From the human T2T-CHM13v2.0 reference genome, Homo sapiens, in NCBI RefSeq assembly GCF_009914755.1, contig NC_060926.1: a DNA stretch of 64,000 nucleotides. One strand, given 5' to 3'. The translations under genes were made by a program, and so were the position numbers. Shown in pieces: positions 43,246 through 57,430 of the stretch. The notes under the pieces were generated by a model. That model did no database searches. It saw only the letters and a program-made list of their open reading frames with translations, and was not told where the DNA came from. The first letter of the stretch is position 1. The number at the start of each line of letters is the position of its first letter.

Positions 43246-43675
43246 GATTTTTTACTACCTCACCTGGCAAGATTTTCTTTATTCTATGACAATACCTTCA
43301 GTGGCCCCTTCTAGTCATGTAAATGTGAAGGCTAAAAGGTGCTCCCTGCCGTGGGAAAAGGGTGTGGCAACATCTTTTGTAGAAGACAAAGGCCTGTCTA
43401 CCATCCTTGATATGCAGAGTTGGTTTCAAGCAAAGAGGGGGCCAATTTACAAAGAGGCACAGGATCTTCTAGGGCTCGGGGATGCTGATGTGGCTGATAA
43501 GAAAGGATGACAGGAGTTCACCTCCAGGGAGGCAGTGCCTGACCATGGCCTGGGATCAGTCAGAAACGCTGAGAGATTGCCTGGTTCTGCCACTTTGAGT
43601 CTTCCGCAGCTACCCTGCAAAGAAGCCTGGCTTTGAGAATAGTGACAGGGCATGAACCCACAGAACAGAGGACCT

Positions 43676-44266
43676 TGTGAAAACAACCAGTTCAAAATCT
43701 GAGCTGTTGAAACTTTATTTTAAGCCTAAAGGAATATGATTATGGGGCCTGAGACATGTGATAGGTGGCTGAAACCTAGGCAGCTGTAACCTATGTTTCT
43801 CTAATCACAGATTAGCCTTCTTCCTTACCTACATTATTCTGTAAAATGTTATGAATGACTAAAGGGCACCGGGGAAGATCCTTTCCCTCTTACTGTTTGT
43901 CTTCATTATAGATAAACTTTCTTCTTACCTCTCTCACACAGAGACTTCATGGTGATCACATTATCTAAAATGGATTGTTAAATATACTAGTTTAAATTGG
44001 AAAAGAAATGAAAACAAGCCCTAAGGGAAGGAAAAAAAACTGACAAATTAAATTGTCGTAATTCATATACCATTCTTGTATAGAAAATGTTGTAATCCTG
44101 TTAAATTTCTTTGTTTCCTTCCTATATAAGCAAGATTTGAACTTTTAACTTAGGGGCACTGACCCCATTTCTCTGGAGTCTGTGTTATCTGAATGACTAT
44201 CTCAGCCTTTTACGTGAATCAATTCTTTAAACCGGCTTCTGATCCTTCAGTTATTTCAGGTTGTCA
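43676..44266 (+). mobile_element. ERV1 solo LTR (MER72-like; family uncertain)
   Basis: TG...CA ends, aggcagctgtaacct motif, TATATAA ~44123, ttatttcaggttgtca end. Confidence 0.7.
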
Positions 44267-44334
44267 GTCTCTGTTGCATGTTAGAATAAGCAGGGGAGCA
44301 CTGGAAAAATATGAATGCTGCAGCACCTGAGCAG

Positions 44335-44860
44335 CTCTTTGCACACCAGTGTTCACAGCAGCATTATTCACAATGCCAAAGGGTGGAAATAACCTAAATG
44401 TCCACCAAGAGATGAACAGATGAACAAAATGCGATACATACATGTAATGGAACATTATTCAGCCTTAGTGAGGAAGGAGATTGTGACGCATGCTACAACA
44501 TGGAGGAATCTTGAAGACATTATGCTAAGTGAAATAAGCCTGACACAAGGACAAATACTATATGATTCCACTTATATGAGATGCCTAGAATAGTCAAATT
44601 CATACAGACTCAGGTAGAATGGTGGTTGCCAGGGGCTGGGGGATAGGGGGAATGGAAAGTTATTGTTTAATAGGTACATAGTTTAAGTTTGGGATGATGA
44701 AAATGATCTGTGGATGGATGGTGGTGATGGTTGTACAACAGTGTGAATATACTTAATGTACAACACTGTGAATATACTTAACGTGAATATACAAATAATG
44801 AATTGTAAACTTAAGAAGATGATTACAATGGTAAATTTTGTGTTACGTATATTTTAACCA
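44335..44860 (+). mobile_element. L1MB-type 3' end
   Basis: gttcacagcagcattattcacaat...attatgctaagtgaaataagcc...atggtaaattttg. Confidence 0.9.
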
Positions 44861-44865
44861 CACGT

Positions 44866-44866
<1 letters not shown>

Positions 44867-44906
<40 letters not shown>
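44867..44906. repeat. (CA)20 microsatellite
   Basis: Perfect CA run at the L1 tail. Confidence 0.97.
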
Positions 44907-44908
<2 letters not shown>

Positions 44909-45311
44909 ATCAGGGAGGTAATATAGGGCTTTTCTTGTGTTGGGTACAGCTGAGGCCTCTAATTTAAAAGGGAAGTGAGAAGAACATCCCCTTTTTAAAA
45001 GAAAGGTTCTGGACCTTCTGAGCAGGACTTGTTAAATTTACAATTTTTTTTAAAAAAAGAGTTCTACCTTTCTGAACCCATCACTCACTCACCTTCCAGC
45101 GATTCATTCTAAATGCTAACAGTGTAAATACTAGGGTGAGAGTTGTCCTGGAGTCCTGGGCATTTCCCTCCCAGTCAAGCCTAGTCAGGGGACCCAAGAG
45201 ATGGACCCAGACTGCTTGATATAGGTTTCCTGCAGTTAGGAAGACTGGGAAAGTCTAAAGAAGAGGTGTCGGCTGTCCTGCTTTTGATCTAGTGGGCCCT
45301 GATATTACTTT

Positions 45312-45893
45312 TGAAGGGGATCAGAATGTGCCACCCCAAAATATGCCACTTTGGCATAAGGATTATTTTAAGCTGAAGGCAAATGAGAAGAAGCAGGTAC
45401 AAGAAAAGCCCTCTGCCTTCCCCCTATTTGCCTAAAAGCTGGATATAATTTGTGAAGGTGTTTCCTCCTCTGCTGTCTACCAGAAAAGACAGAAGTTAAT
45501 CAACAGAGACCATTTTAGATGCTCGTCAGCCCAGAGAGGGCACTGGAGGAATCTGCACAGCAAACCTTGCTCACTAGCCCTTATCTTCCATTGGATCCTC
45601 CATATATTTGCCTTCCCACAATTTGCAGCCCTAGAAATTAAAAGTTATTTTTCTTTGTCTTGTCACTTCTCTAAAAATTTATTGTTCTTTTGTTAAGATG
45701 CTATATAAACCCGGGTTCTCCCACCCCTTTGAGTTACTCATCTCTGAGCACTCCATTGTGTAAGCAGGATGCACATGCTAATAAACTTCTGTTTATTTTT
45801 CTCTTTTGAGAAAATGTCTTTTGTTAGTCAACTTTACAGGGTCTTAGAGAACCTAAGCCAGGTAAAAGAAAAACACATTTTTCCTTCTCGACA
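45312..45893 (+). mobile_element. MER34-family ERV1 solo LTR
   Basis: tgaagggggatcagaatgtgccaccccaaaatatgccactttggcataaggatt; TATATAA ~45702; AATAAA ~45780. Confidence 0.85.
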
Positions 45894-45919
45894 CCACCAC
45901 CCCAAAATGACTACCCTCA

Positions 45920-46050
45920 TATATGAACATAGTTATATACATGTAACATATATATTTTTATATATAGCTATATTAATATGTGCATACATATATGTATTGC
46001 ATGCACACATATGTGTATATGTATATATACACATATACACACACATACTG
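45920..46050. repeat. Degenerate (TA/CA)n low-complexity tract
   Basis: tatatac/acatat units. Confidence 0.8.
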
Positions 46051-47639
46051 CAGAAAGCCAGAAAGGTGCCCTTAGAGAGACTGGAAGTGATCCACATCTT
46101 GATCTAGGTGGTAATTACCCAGATAGATACATATGCAAAAACTTATCAGGCTGTATACTTAAGATTTGTATATTCTGCTGCATCTAAGTTATATCTCAAT
46201 TTAAAAGTACCAATGGTCAGGCTTACTTTCAGAGACTCTGGATTTAAATGGTCTGGGACGGACCTCAGGCATCATGATTTCTAAAGATCCCCAGTTAGTT
46301 TTATTAATAGCACATAGCCAGGGTTGAGAAACAGTGGGAGCCTCACAATATATCTTGTAGTGGCTGGCTAGTGACCGGTCTATGCCTGGCCTCTGAAAAC
46401 AAGACTGGCTTGCTTCTGTGGACTGAATAAACTCTGGGGATTATAGGGCAATTTGTGGAGTGGGGGAAAGAACCCTATGTCCTTCCAAGACCTCTCTCCC
46501 TACTCCCCCTACACAATTCAACTGAGAAAATCTACCCTGCAGACCACACCAAAAGTTGGAGGATTCAGCCTCCAATACCTCTCCTGGCCAGGGAATCACT
46601 GTGTGGTAAGCTGGGGAGCCAAAGGTTTACCACTGCAGGAATTTGACTGCAGGAAATCAGGCCCACAGCTTCAACCTGGCATCTGGACACGTGGCCTATT
46701 CACCCAGGGGTGCAAGGAAGGTGGTACACAGCAAGGCAGGTAGGTGGTGGGAGGACACGAACATTTCCAATGACCCTGGAGAAGTATCGCTGAGATGATC
46801 TTGGCCGGGAAGCTCCGGGTAAATGCAGTGTAAAAGCTTTGTGACTATGGTCTGGGGAGCTGTTGGAATGAGTATTTATGGTGGTATTTTTCATGGAGCT
46901 GGCTAGAAAGCTTCAGAAATGAAAGATTTTTTGGCACCATAAGCCTTGTGCCAACCAGCATATCTCTAAATTAAGTAGAGAAGCAGACAAGCTCTGAGTT
47001 ACTGGACACTAATTCATGCCTCGGCACGAAAATTTGAGCTGCTCAGAACGAGTTCTTGCAATTAGATATTTTAAAATAACTAATGCATACCAACAAAGAA
47101 AGAAGAAAAAACGGAGTGATATCTACTCAAGTCGCTGTTTAATGGCAGAGAGGCTGTAGAAATTGTCACAGAGCCACCCATGGTAGAGCCCCCTTTCCCT
47201 TTCTGAGAGGTCAGAGCCATGCTAAACCACTTCGAGTTTTCTGAACAACTCCCCAGAGTCTCCTAAACAGCCATTATACAGTTGACACAACACCAATACC
47301 ACCCTCAAATCACCCACTCTCCGCTTCAGACCCCAAATGCAAAAGCGAGACCCTCTTTCGTCCCTCTCAGACGTCCTCTTTTTCACTTTACGGTCAACTC
47401 TGCCTTTCTAGTATCCCCCACCTCAGCACGATTCTAGCAGTTTCTCTTCTCTCATTATTATTGCTGCCTTTCTCCTTTCTTCTTTGCCTTATTTTCTTTT
47501 TCTTCTTGATTTCAGTCCTTAATTCTAGTCATTGCTGTGCCACCGCCACGGTTTTTGCATATCCTAATATTTACTTAATTTTTTTACATCCAGTGATTTT
47601 TTTCCCTCTTGGCTCTCCTTTAAAAAGCTAAGCAAAATT

Positions 47640-47895
47640 ATTTTAAAAAGAAACTTTTTATCAATAGAAAACCAATATCTCTTGCTATAAATAGGAGGAA
47701 ATTATAAAACAGTAAACTAAACACAATGAAAACAGAGCAGTGGCATTAAATTCTAACTGGATACTGTTGCTGACCACAGGCTCTGAGCCTGAGGCCTCCT
47801 CATCCTTGGTTAAGAGGGGAGAAAGGAAAAGTTAAGAGAGGTGTTGAAGACAGAGCAGCACCAAACTGAGGCTTTCTCTGTCACATAATCAGAAG
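47640..47895. mobile_element. Old hAT-Charlie fragment (MER113-like)
   Basis: ttaaattctaactggatactgttg...ggctctgagcctgaggcct...agcaccaaactgag; from memory. Confidence 0.5.
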
Positions 47896-47997
47896 TGCCA
47901 AGGGCATGGCCTCATCAATCTCTGCTTAATGCTGTGTCCTTAGATCATTTTCTATAGCTCAGGAAATAATGGTGCGAAGACTACTCCAGTGTATTCT

Positions 47998-48422
47998 TGT
48001 TATAGTTTGGATGTTTTCCCCCCAGACCTCATGTTGAAATGTGATCCTCTATGTTGGAGGGGAGGCCTAATGGGAGGTGTTTGGGTCATAGGGGTGGATT
48101 CCTTATGAATGGCTTGGTGTCATCCTCACAGTAATGAGTGAGTTCTTGCTCTATTAGTTCCCATGAGAGCTGGTTGTTAAAGAGGGCCTAGCATCTCCCC
48201 CTCTCTCTTATTTTCTTTCTTGCCATGAGATCTGCACATGCCAGCTCCTCTTTGCCTTTGGCCATGAGTGGTAGCAGCCTGAGGCCATCAGCAGAAGCCA
48301 AGCAAATGCCAGCACCATGCTTCTTGTACAACCTGCAGAACCGTGAGCCAAATAAACCTCTTTTCTTTATAAATGATCCAGCCTCAGGTATTCCTTTACA
48401 GCAATACAAATGGACTAAGACA
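47998..48422 (+). mobile_element. MSTB-type MaLR solo LTR
   Basis: tgttatagtttggatg...aatggactaagaca; TSD attct. Confidence 0.9.
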
Positions 48423-49230
48423 ATTCTCTTTACCTTACCCTTTGTTTTCTCTCCCTCATTGCTTCCCTGTTTCCCTGTTTGCCCCTCATTTCTTCCTACT
48501 TCCTTCTCCCTTTTCCCCCTTTCTTTTTAGTGCAGTAGGCAAATACTTTTGTTATCTTCAATGGACTAATTACCATAAGGAAAAAAAGACAGAGAAGAAA
48601 ATTCAAACCTGGGAAAGATGACCCAAAGAGACATATAGCTAGGCTATACTATTCCCAGGTAAGCCTGGCTTCTAAGGGCTGGCCATTTATCTGCTTCTAA
48701 GCCAGCTTCCTGCTCTCAGAGGGGATAGGACTTATTCTCTGACATTGTTTTTGGATACTGTGTCAAGGGGAACACCAGTCCATGGCATGGGGCTGGGGGA
48801 CCCAGGTCACCCTGTACCAACCCTATCTGCCATCTTTACACACACTGTCTCCTCAGAAAAACTCAGCCAAGAGCAGCTCATGTGGATATGGAAACAAATC
48901 CATCTAGCAACTATTCACCGCACCACACAGAGGGATGGCTGGGCTTAGTAGACAGGTGTGACATTGTTAAAAGGTAAAATTATGACTTCCATAAATATAT
49001 TTTTAAAAGAACACGTTAAGGAATTTATGTTGCTCAAATAATATGAAGAAACCAGATAGGTGTTATAATTGGTTCAAAGGAAAAAAACAACACAAATTTA
49101 TATGGAGTAAAGAAATGTTGAGATGAATTGCAAATGAAGACAAAGTGGGTTTTTTTCCTGCCAAGTGAGTGGGAGTGAGAAAAAGTCAAATCTCTACCAG
49201 ACAGAACAGAATTTATGTATCTACAGATTA

Positions 49231-49425
<195 letters not shown>

Positions 49426-49431
49426 ACAATG

Positions 49432-49693
49432 GGCTGGGTGTGGTGGCTCATGCCTGTAATCCCAGCACTTTGGGAGGCTCCTGCAGGAGGATCACTTGAG
49501 CGCAGGAGTTCAAAAACCAGCCAGGGCAACACAGGGAGACCCTATCTCTACAAAAATTTTTTTTTTGTAGAGACCCTATCTCTACAAAAAATACAAAAAT
49601 TAGCTGGGCATGGTGGTGTGCACCTGTAGTCCTAGCTACTCAGGAGGCTGAGGTGGGAGCATCACTGAGCCTGAGAGGTAGAGACTGCAGTGA
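49432..49693 (+). mobile_element. AluJ, 3'-truncated, with internal duplication-inversion
   Basis: Dimer ending at gagactgcagtga without an A tail; rearranged linker at 49536-49590. Confidence 0.9.
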
Positions 49694-50246
49694 ATGGGGC
49701 TAGAATATCATAACCCTGAGTGGTGTGCTATAAGTGATATGTAGTTTCCCACTGAAACAATAAATTTTTTCTACATAAGGTTCTTAACCCAAGGGATACA
49801 CTATTCATTTGATTAATGTTTCCCCAGTACCAGCTCCTTTGGTCATAAGCCACACTGCCTCTCCACCAGACCTCTAACTGGCCTAAGGTTAGGAGAGGAT
49901 GCCCATTTGACAATCGGTGTAAGGTGTTGGGGATTTGGGTTCCAGGTGTGACTCATGATTAACCAACAATAGGAACAGTGTGCCTAGGTCAAATCACCCA
50001 GCCCTCTAGGTCTCTTCATTTGAGTGAGGGACTTGGGTGCTCTCTGACGTTTCTCTAGCTTTAAAGCTCTAGAATTCAAGGGAATAAGAAACATGTTTGT
50101 AAATCTTAAACTAGCCCAAGGATTTGTACCAAGTAGGTATAAACCCACAGGTCTGACTGGGTCAGGCCCCACCAGGTCAGCCACTGTCCTGAGGTAAACA
50201 GCAAATGAGAGAATATCTTTAGGATTTTCCTCTGTTTGTTTGGTAT

Positions 50247-50248
<2 letters not shown>

Positions 50249-50293
<45 letters not shown>

Positions 50294-50561
50294 ATGGAGT
50301 CTCACTCTGTCACCCAGGCTGGAATGCAGTGGCATGATCTCGGCTCACTGCAACCCCCGCCTCCCAGGTTCAAGCAATTCTCCCTGCCTCAGCCTCCCGA
50401 GTAACTGGGACTACAGGTGACCGCCACCATGCCCGGCTAACTTTTGTATTTTTAGTACAGGTGGGGTTTCACCATGTTGGCCAGGCTGGTCTGGAACTCC
50501 TGACCTCAGGTCATCTGCCCACCTCGGCCTCCCAAAGTGCTGAGATTTCCCGCGCCCGGCC
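50249..50561 (-). mobile_element. AluS SINE with T44 tail
   Basis: Antisense dimer; near-TSD tgtttggtattctt / tgttttgcattctt. Confidence 0.95.
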
Positions 50562-50569
50562 TTGTTTTG

Positions 50570-51520
50570 CATTCTTACCGCCCCCTAGCCCCGTAACAGT
50601 TTAAGGTTCCAGAGCAACCCCGCTGCTGTGATGAACTGACTGAGACAACCCCTTTCCCCTTGTGCTGTTTTCCAGGAAGCACGTGGCTGCAGAAGCAATG
50701 AGCTCTTTGTGCCCTCTCTTCCTGCTCCAGGGTTCCATGTGTCTGTGACTCTAAGCCTGGTGTGTGGACCGGGAAACATTCAAACAAGGCTAAGAGAAGC
50801 CTGTCAGTCCAGCTCGGGCTACACACTGGGTGAGCCATGCACCACCCAGGAATTTCCAGGGCACGTGCCACGTAAGGGGCACACCCGACAGAGTCCAATG
50901 GGGTTCCCCACTGGGCCTCCCACTGAGTTGCTCAGCCTGGGCCGGAAAAGGGTGAGTCACCCTGGGGGTGGGGCTCTCCAGGGTAGAGGCCAAAGGAGTG
51001 ACTACCATGACAATTCTCCGGAGGGCCTGAGGCGGCGGTGGACAGCCCCGGCAACAGTGGGCCCTCCCCGCAGAACTGTGGTTCCAATCCCTCTCCACCC
51101 AGCCCAGGAGTCTCCTGGCCCCAGAAGGAGGAGCAGGAGGCGCCAAAAAGAGGAAAAAGAATTCCTTTTCCAGTCATTTCAGTCCTAAATTTTCCCTGAG
51201 ACTGCCAGAAAAGATGCTAATGAAAGACCAATTGTGTGGCCAGAGTGTTTTCTTCGGACATCTGCCCAGGGAACTGGAGGATACCCAGTTCAGAAGCGAG
51301 GTCACTAGCCCCATCCTATGGCAACACCTTTTGCTCGCTACTGACCCCTACTGGGGAAGTGGAGACAAGCGGCTGAGGGCTGGGAAGCAGCTGAAAGAAA
51401 CTAGACCCAGACATGTCTACTGGGTTCTTAAATCCAACATCTGCTGTTGGAGGATGAGTCCTGCCTAAACCTTAGGCCACAGATGCAGAGGATCTAACCT
51501 TGGGAATTCCGTTTCCTTCA
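50570..51520. promoter_or_regulatory. Candidate enhancer/promoter-like GC-rich unique segment
   Basis: CpG-retaining non-repeat DNA with GAS, two E-boxes, AP-1 and kB-like motifs; sequence-only inference. Confidence 0.45.
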
Positions 51521-51608
51521 AGGGGCCCCAGAACCTTTCACACTGGACTTCTCTTTTGCTTAACTCCCCTTAATGTTTTGTCCTATGGGAAATGAGGAGC
51601 CTTTAAAG

Positions 51609-51808
51609 CCAGCTTGTCCAACCTACCACCCACGGGCCGCCTGTGGCCCAGGATGCTTTGAATACTGCCCAACATAAAACATTATGAGTTTTTTTTTTTC
51701 GCATTTTTTTTCTCATCAACTATCGTTCGTGTTAGTGTATTTTATGTGTGGCCCAAGATAACTTTTCTTCCAATGTGGCCCAGGGAAGCCAAAAATTGGA
51801 CACCCCTG
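51609..51808 (-). mobile_element. MER30 hAT-Charlie DNA transposon
   Basis: cttgtccaac...ttccaatgtggcccagggaagccaaaaattggacacccctg. Confidence 0.88.
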
Positions 51809-52289
51809 CTTGAAGGCCTTTAGGAGAATGAAATGAACATGTAGTTACATGTTAGCAGCAGAACAAAGGGAGGATTAGGAGCAAGGCTAGGGTCAGCAGG
51901 GGTGCTTGATTATTTCTTGATGTCCTACTAGGTGCTGTCTCCAGCAGAAAGACCAGTTAGGAGGCTGTGGCAATAACCCAACAGAAACATCTGGAGGGAC
52001 TAACAGAGGGCAAGCGGATGGAGGGAAGAGGATGTCTGCAGGGAGGGGAATATTTGGGAAGGACCTCAACTGGCCTTGGTGATGGGTTGAATGGGGTAGG
52101 GCTATAGAGAAAGCAGAGTCTAGCACCACCTTCCTGTCTACACCCTTCTCTACCCTGCAGGGTTGGTTTTTGCTAACATCCTTCCAGCAAAATGAGATTT
52201 TAAGCAGACAAACAGGTATGGAACATGAATTTTGGTTTGAATACGGTTTGAGATGGGGTCATCGTTGTGGCTGAGAAGGACTTTGGCAT

Positions 52290-52470
52290 CAGTCTGTCCA
52301 AAGCCAGGCTTGGCCACCACCAGGATGTGAGACCTTACACAGATGCTTTGTCAGCTTCAGTTTCTTCACCTGTAAAGAGAGAATATGATACCTCCTTCAT
52401 GGCTTTTAAAAATTTTTTGTTTTTTAGACTTAAATGATATAAGTTGTTTAGTATAAGCCTGTTTAGGAAA
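52290..52470 (+). mobile_element. MIR fragment
   Basis: cttcagtttcttcacctgtaaa...atacctcc. Confidence 0.6.
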
Positions 52471-52509
52471 TACAAGCTTTAAAAAAAAAGATGAGTAATA
52501 GGCAACTGA

Positions 52510-52750
52510 ATGCTATAAACATACCTGCATTGTTACTATGAGCCAGGCACTGCCTACGCACTGTACATAATCTCATGTAATCTTCTCAGCAGCTCCATAA
52601 GGCAAGCACATGATGATCTCCAGTTTATAAGTGAGGAAACTGAAGCAGAGAAAACTTAAGACACCTGACCAAATGCACAAAGCTAATAAGTGGCAGAGCC
52701 AGGACTCAAACCTAGATATGTCTGACTCCAAAACTGTGAATCTTAACAAT
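52510..52750 (-). mobile_element. MIR SINE
   Basis: actatgagccaggcactg...gaggaaactgaagcagagaa...ggcagagccaggactcaaacc. Confidence 0.85.
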
Positions 52751-53491
52751 CACACTGATGTCTTTACAGCAAATACAGGTCAAAGCATAGAAGAACAGTC
52801 TTGGCTAGAGCTACAAATTCAGGAGTTGTCAAGATTTGATAATACAGTACAACAAAAGTAACTTGGAGGGGGGGAAGATTTGCTTATAGTTGAAACCATA
52901 GTTATCAATTAAAAACTTCCAAGATATGTGTGCAGTTGAGAAAGAGAGAGGGAGGAAATGCCAATATTTACAGTGCAGAGGAGAGAAGCCCTAAGAGAAA
53001 ACTGAGCAGGAGCAGGCAGAGATGGGAAGGGAATTAGGGAAGTGATATCAAGGGAAGAGAGCAGGCTCCAAGGAGATGGGTTGATCAGCAGGACCACAGT
53101 GAGAAGACAGCCCATGGCCTCAGTCCATTAATGGGTCCTTGGAGAACCCAGCAAGAGCAGAAATAGGGGCAGAGTTGAAGGGAGAGTTAGGAACAGACTG
53201 CAAATGAGACTTACATTGCAGGTAGCTTGTTGGTGAAGGGATAGGAAAAGGGTGATAGCTAGAGATGGATGCAGAGGAAGGGATAGGGGTCTGGATTTCT
53301 GGTGATTGCTTTGGAATGGAGAAAGCCTTCCTTCTAAGAAACAGGAGAGAAGATGTGTTCTGAGAATGCAGGAAGGTGAAGGAGTTGATGGCCAATAGAT
53401 TCTATTTTCTCCATGAAATTGTTAGTCAGCTGTGACAGGAGTTGGGTGGGAGCTGGGTAGGCAGTTTGAGAGCCCTGGTGAAGACATTTTT

Positions 53492-53592
53492 AAAGGCTAG
53501 TCAAGTGAAGCAGTGAGAGTGGAGCAGGAACAAAGGAATCGGTAACTGCTTGTGATCAATTAGTTGTAAACATCACTACATTCCAGCCAGCC
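53492..53592 (-). pseudogene. Y3 RNA (RNY3) retropseudogene
   Basis: Reverse complement ggctgg...gtttacaactaattgatcacaagcagttac...cactgcttcacttgactagccttt matches hY3; short A tail; TSD cctggtgaaga (53474-53484 / 53593-53603). Confidence 0.95.
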
Positions 53593-53773
53593 CCTGGTGA
53601 AGATTTAAAACCACCACTGAGGTGAAGGGGGCTAATGTTGCCAGGGTGACCAGGACTGGGCAACAGGACTGCCAAATAGGGGTGCGCTGCAGTGGAGATT
53701 GGAGCCACACATTGATAATGGCCACTGATCACCTTGTTGGGTGCTTTTCCCAGCAGCCTCACCAGCAAAAGAT

Positions 53774-53887
53774 AGGGTCCCCCATAATCCCAGTTTACCC
53801 AGCACAATCCCCATTTTAGCAGTGAAAGGCTGGAATCCCAGGAAGTCCCTCAGTCCCAGACAAACCTGGACAACAGTTTATTATCCT
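53774..53887. mobile_element. MER81-like hAT-Blackjack MITE
   Basis: tagggt...tcccagtttaccc...ctcagtcccagacaaacctggac...ccta; about 115 bp. Confidence 0.6.
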
Positions 53888-54184
53888 AGCTCAGGGTGGG
53901 AGCAGCAAAGGCAGAGTTGGATTGGTCCATGGCTGGGGATTTCATGGGAGAATGTGCTGGGGGGATGGGAGGACTGAGGCTTTGGAGGGAGCTGGCAAGA
54001 GAAGTGTGAAGGTGAACTACTATGCTATAGGATTCTATAATGACATGAAAGACAGTAAGGAGAGCAAATAGTCAATAGAACTGGAGAAACAGGAAAGGCC
54101 ATGGAACTAGAGCTTCCAATGAGTTCACTAGAGAATGGACTTAATGGGGAAAAAGGATTTCAAGAGACAGGAGAAAAGCAATGA

Positions 54185-55075
<891 letters not shown>

Positions 55076-56955
55076 GCAACACTGAGCAACTGGGATGTGA
55101 ACACTATCATAAAAACTATTCAATTTTAGTTTTTTACCTGCTCAAATTGTTCATTTGTTCTCTGCTGCCTATGGGATACATTACATAATTATTAGTTCTA
55201 ACCAATATTGAGGTAAACCTCTGTCATTTCTTCATAAAACTCCTCTGCTCTGGCCAAGCAGGTCAAGTCTAGAACACACCTTGTATTTTCAAACCTCCTT
55301 GACTTTCCCTGTTCTTGGAATGTCTACCCATCTCCCCGCTGCCCCACCTTCTAATAGATAGCCAGATCCTACCCATCCATCAGGCGCTGACCCAAACCCA
55401 ATTGCTTAGTCTATAACCACATTATATTAATGCCCCAGAGAAGCTTCAAGACCTTCCAGCCCAGGATCATCTCTCTTCAGGCATCTCCCTGCGTAGTTGC
55501 AGCTCCTTGAGAGCGGATCCTGTTTTACACTTCTCAGGGGTCCTCTCCACTCCCAACACAATGACTGATGCACACAACGGATGCTCACTAAGTACTTGCT
55601 GACTGGCAGGTTAATCAATAAATGCTCACAGACTGAGGAGTGAGTATAACCACCCGCTTTTGAAGCTGCAGACTGGCTCTCAGGAGAAAAAGTCCAGAGG
55701 AAGGATGGGAGGGAGTCTGGCTCTGAAACACAGAGGCGCTGCTGGGCAACCCTGGGATGTCCAAGTGGGAGACAAGAGAGATGACAAAAAGCTGAAAGGC
55801 ACATAAATGACCACCCTCAAACGGACAGGTTAAATGACGTACGATAACCCATTGACTGTCTTCTAAGATGCACGTTTAGTATCATCTCTGCTGGGCGAGT
55901 GCTGTTGCTCCATCCCCATCATAGGCAATTGTTATCCCAACCTTTAAGGTAGGGATCCCTGGTGGGGAGGGAAATGAGCAAAGATCCTTGGAAGGTGCCC
56001 TCCCTGCAAAAGTCGCCCTTCTCTGTCCTGGGAGGAGTGGGAGGGGAGGGAGAGGAGAGGTTTTTATTCTTAAAGGCAGCTCAGCCTCCAGAGGTCTGCC
56101 GTTCCCTGGATAATACTAGATTTACAAAGAGCCTGAAAGATCCCCAGGATTCGGGATCAACTCTGAGTTTCACAAGTGTTTATTTTGAGGGATTAGCCGT
56201 CCTGGGCAGGCCTGTTTGTCTAATGGTTAATCAACCAGTCAGCAAACATTTATTGAGGGCCTGCTTACTGGGCACCAAAACAAGCATAGGAGAGAGTCCC
56301 CTATTTTGAGGCATTCAGAAGGGTAATTGAGGCCCTGAAGTTAACTAACACCTGCAACAACTAGCAAATGATATGACATCATAATGTGTGCCTCAGACTG
56401 CCCTGGTCTTCCCGGCACCACCCCCTCCAAATTCTACTCAGACTTCACCACCCTGGCCCCTGGGGTACAAGCGTGGTTCAGGCTAAGCCAGAGTCCCTCG
56501 CTGAGATGTTACCTCTAAAGCCATCAGCCAGGAGAGGAAAAGTGGCTTCCATTGGTTACAAGGTTGTAAGGGGAGAACTAGGAGTGCCCCAAGGCCATAT
56601 TCTGGCCTTAGTGGGCAGCCAGCTTGAGAGAAAGAAAGAGAAAACCATGCTGAAGAAAGCCAGGCAGGGACAGATGGACAGATAGAGTTTAAGTCGCTGG
56701 CCTGCCAGGGATCCCCAGGGCCAGCTCTAGTGTGGCACTTTCCTCAGAGCAGTTACATGAGACAATATAGTCCCTCCCTTTTCCTTTTAGCTAGGGTGGG
56801 TCCTGTCCCCACCTGTGTAGGCAGAGGAGCCCTGAGCAATGAGCACACTGCACTTATTCAGCGGCAGCTGAAGTGATTCAGGAGGATGGCCTTGAAGGTT
56901 GTGGAGGAGAGAGAGCATCCAGGGCGAAGACGACGACGTGAAAGAAGGCTCTAGG

Positions 56956-57430
<475 letters not shown>

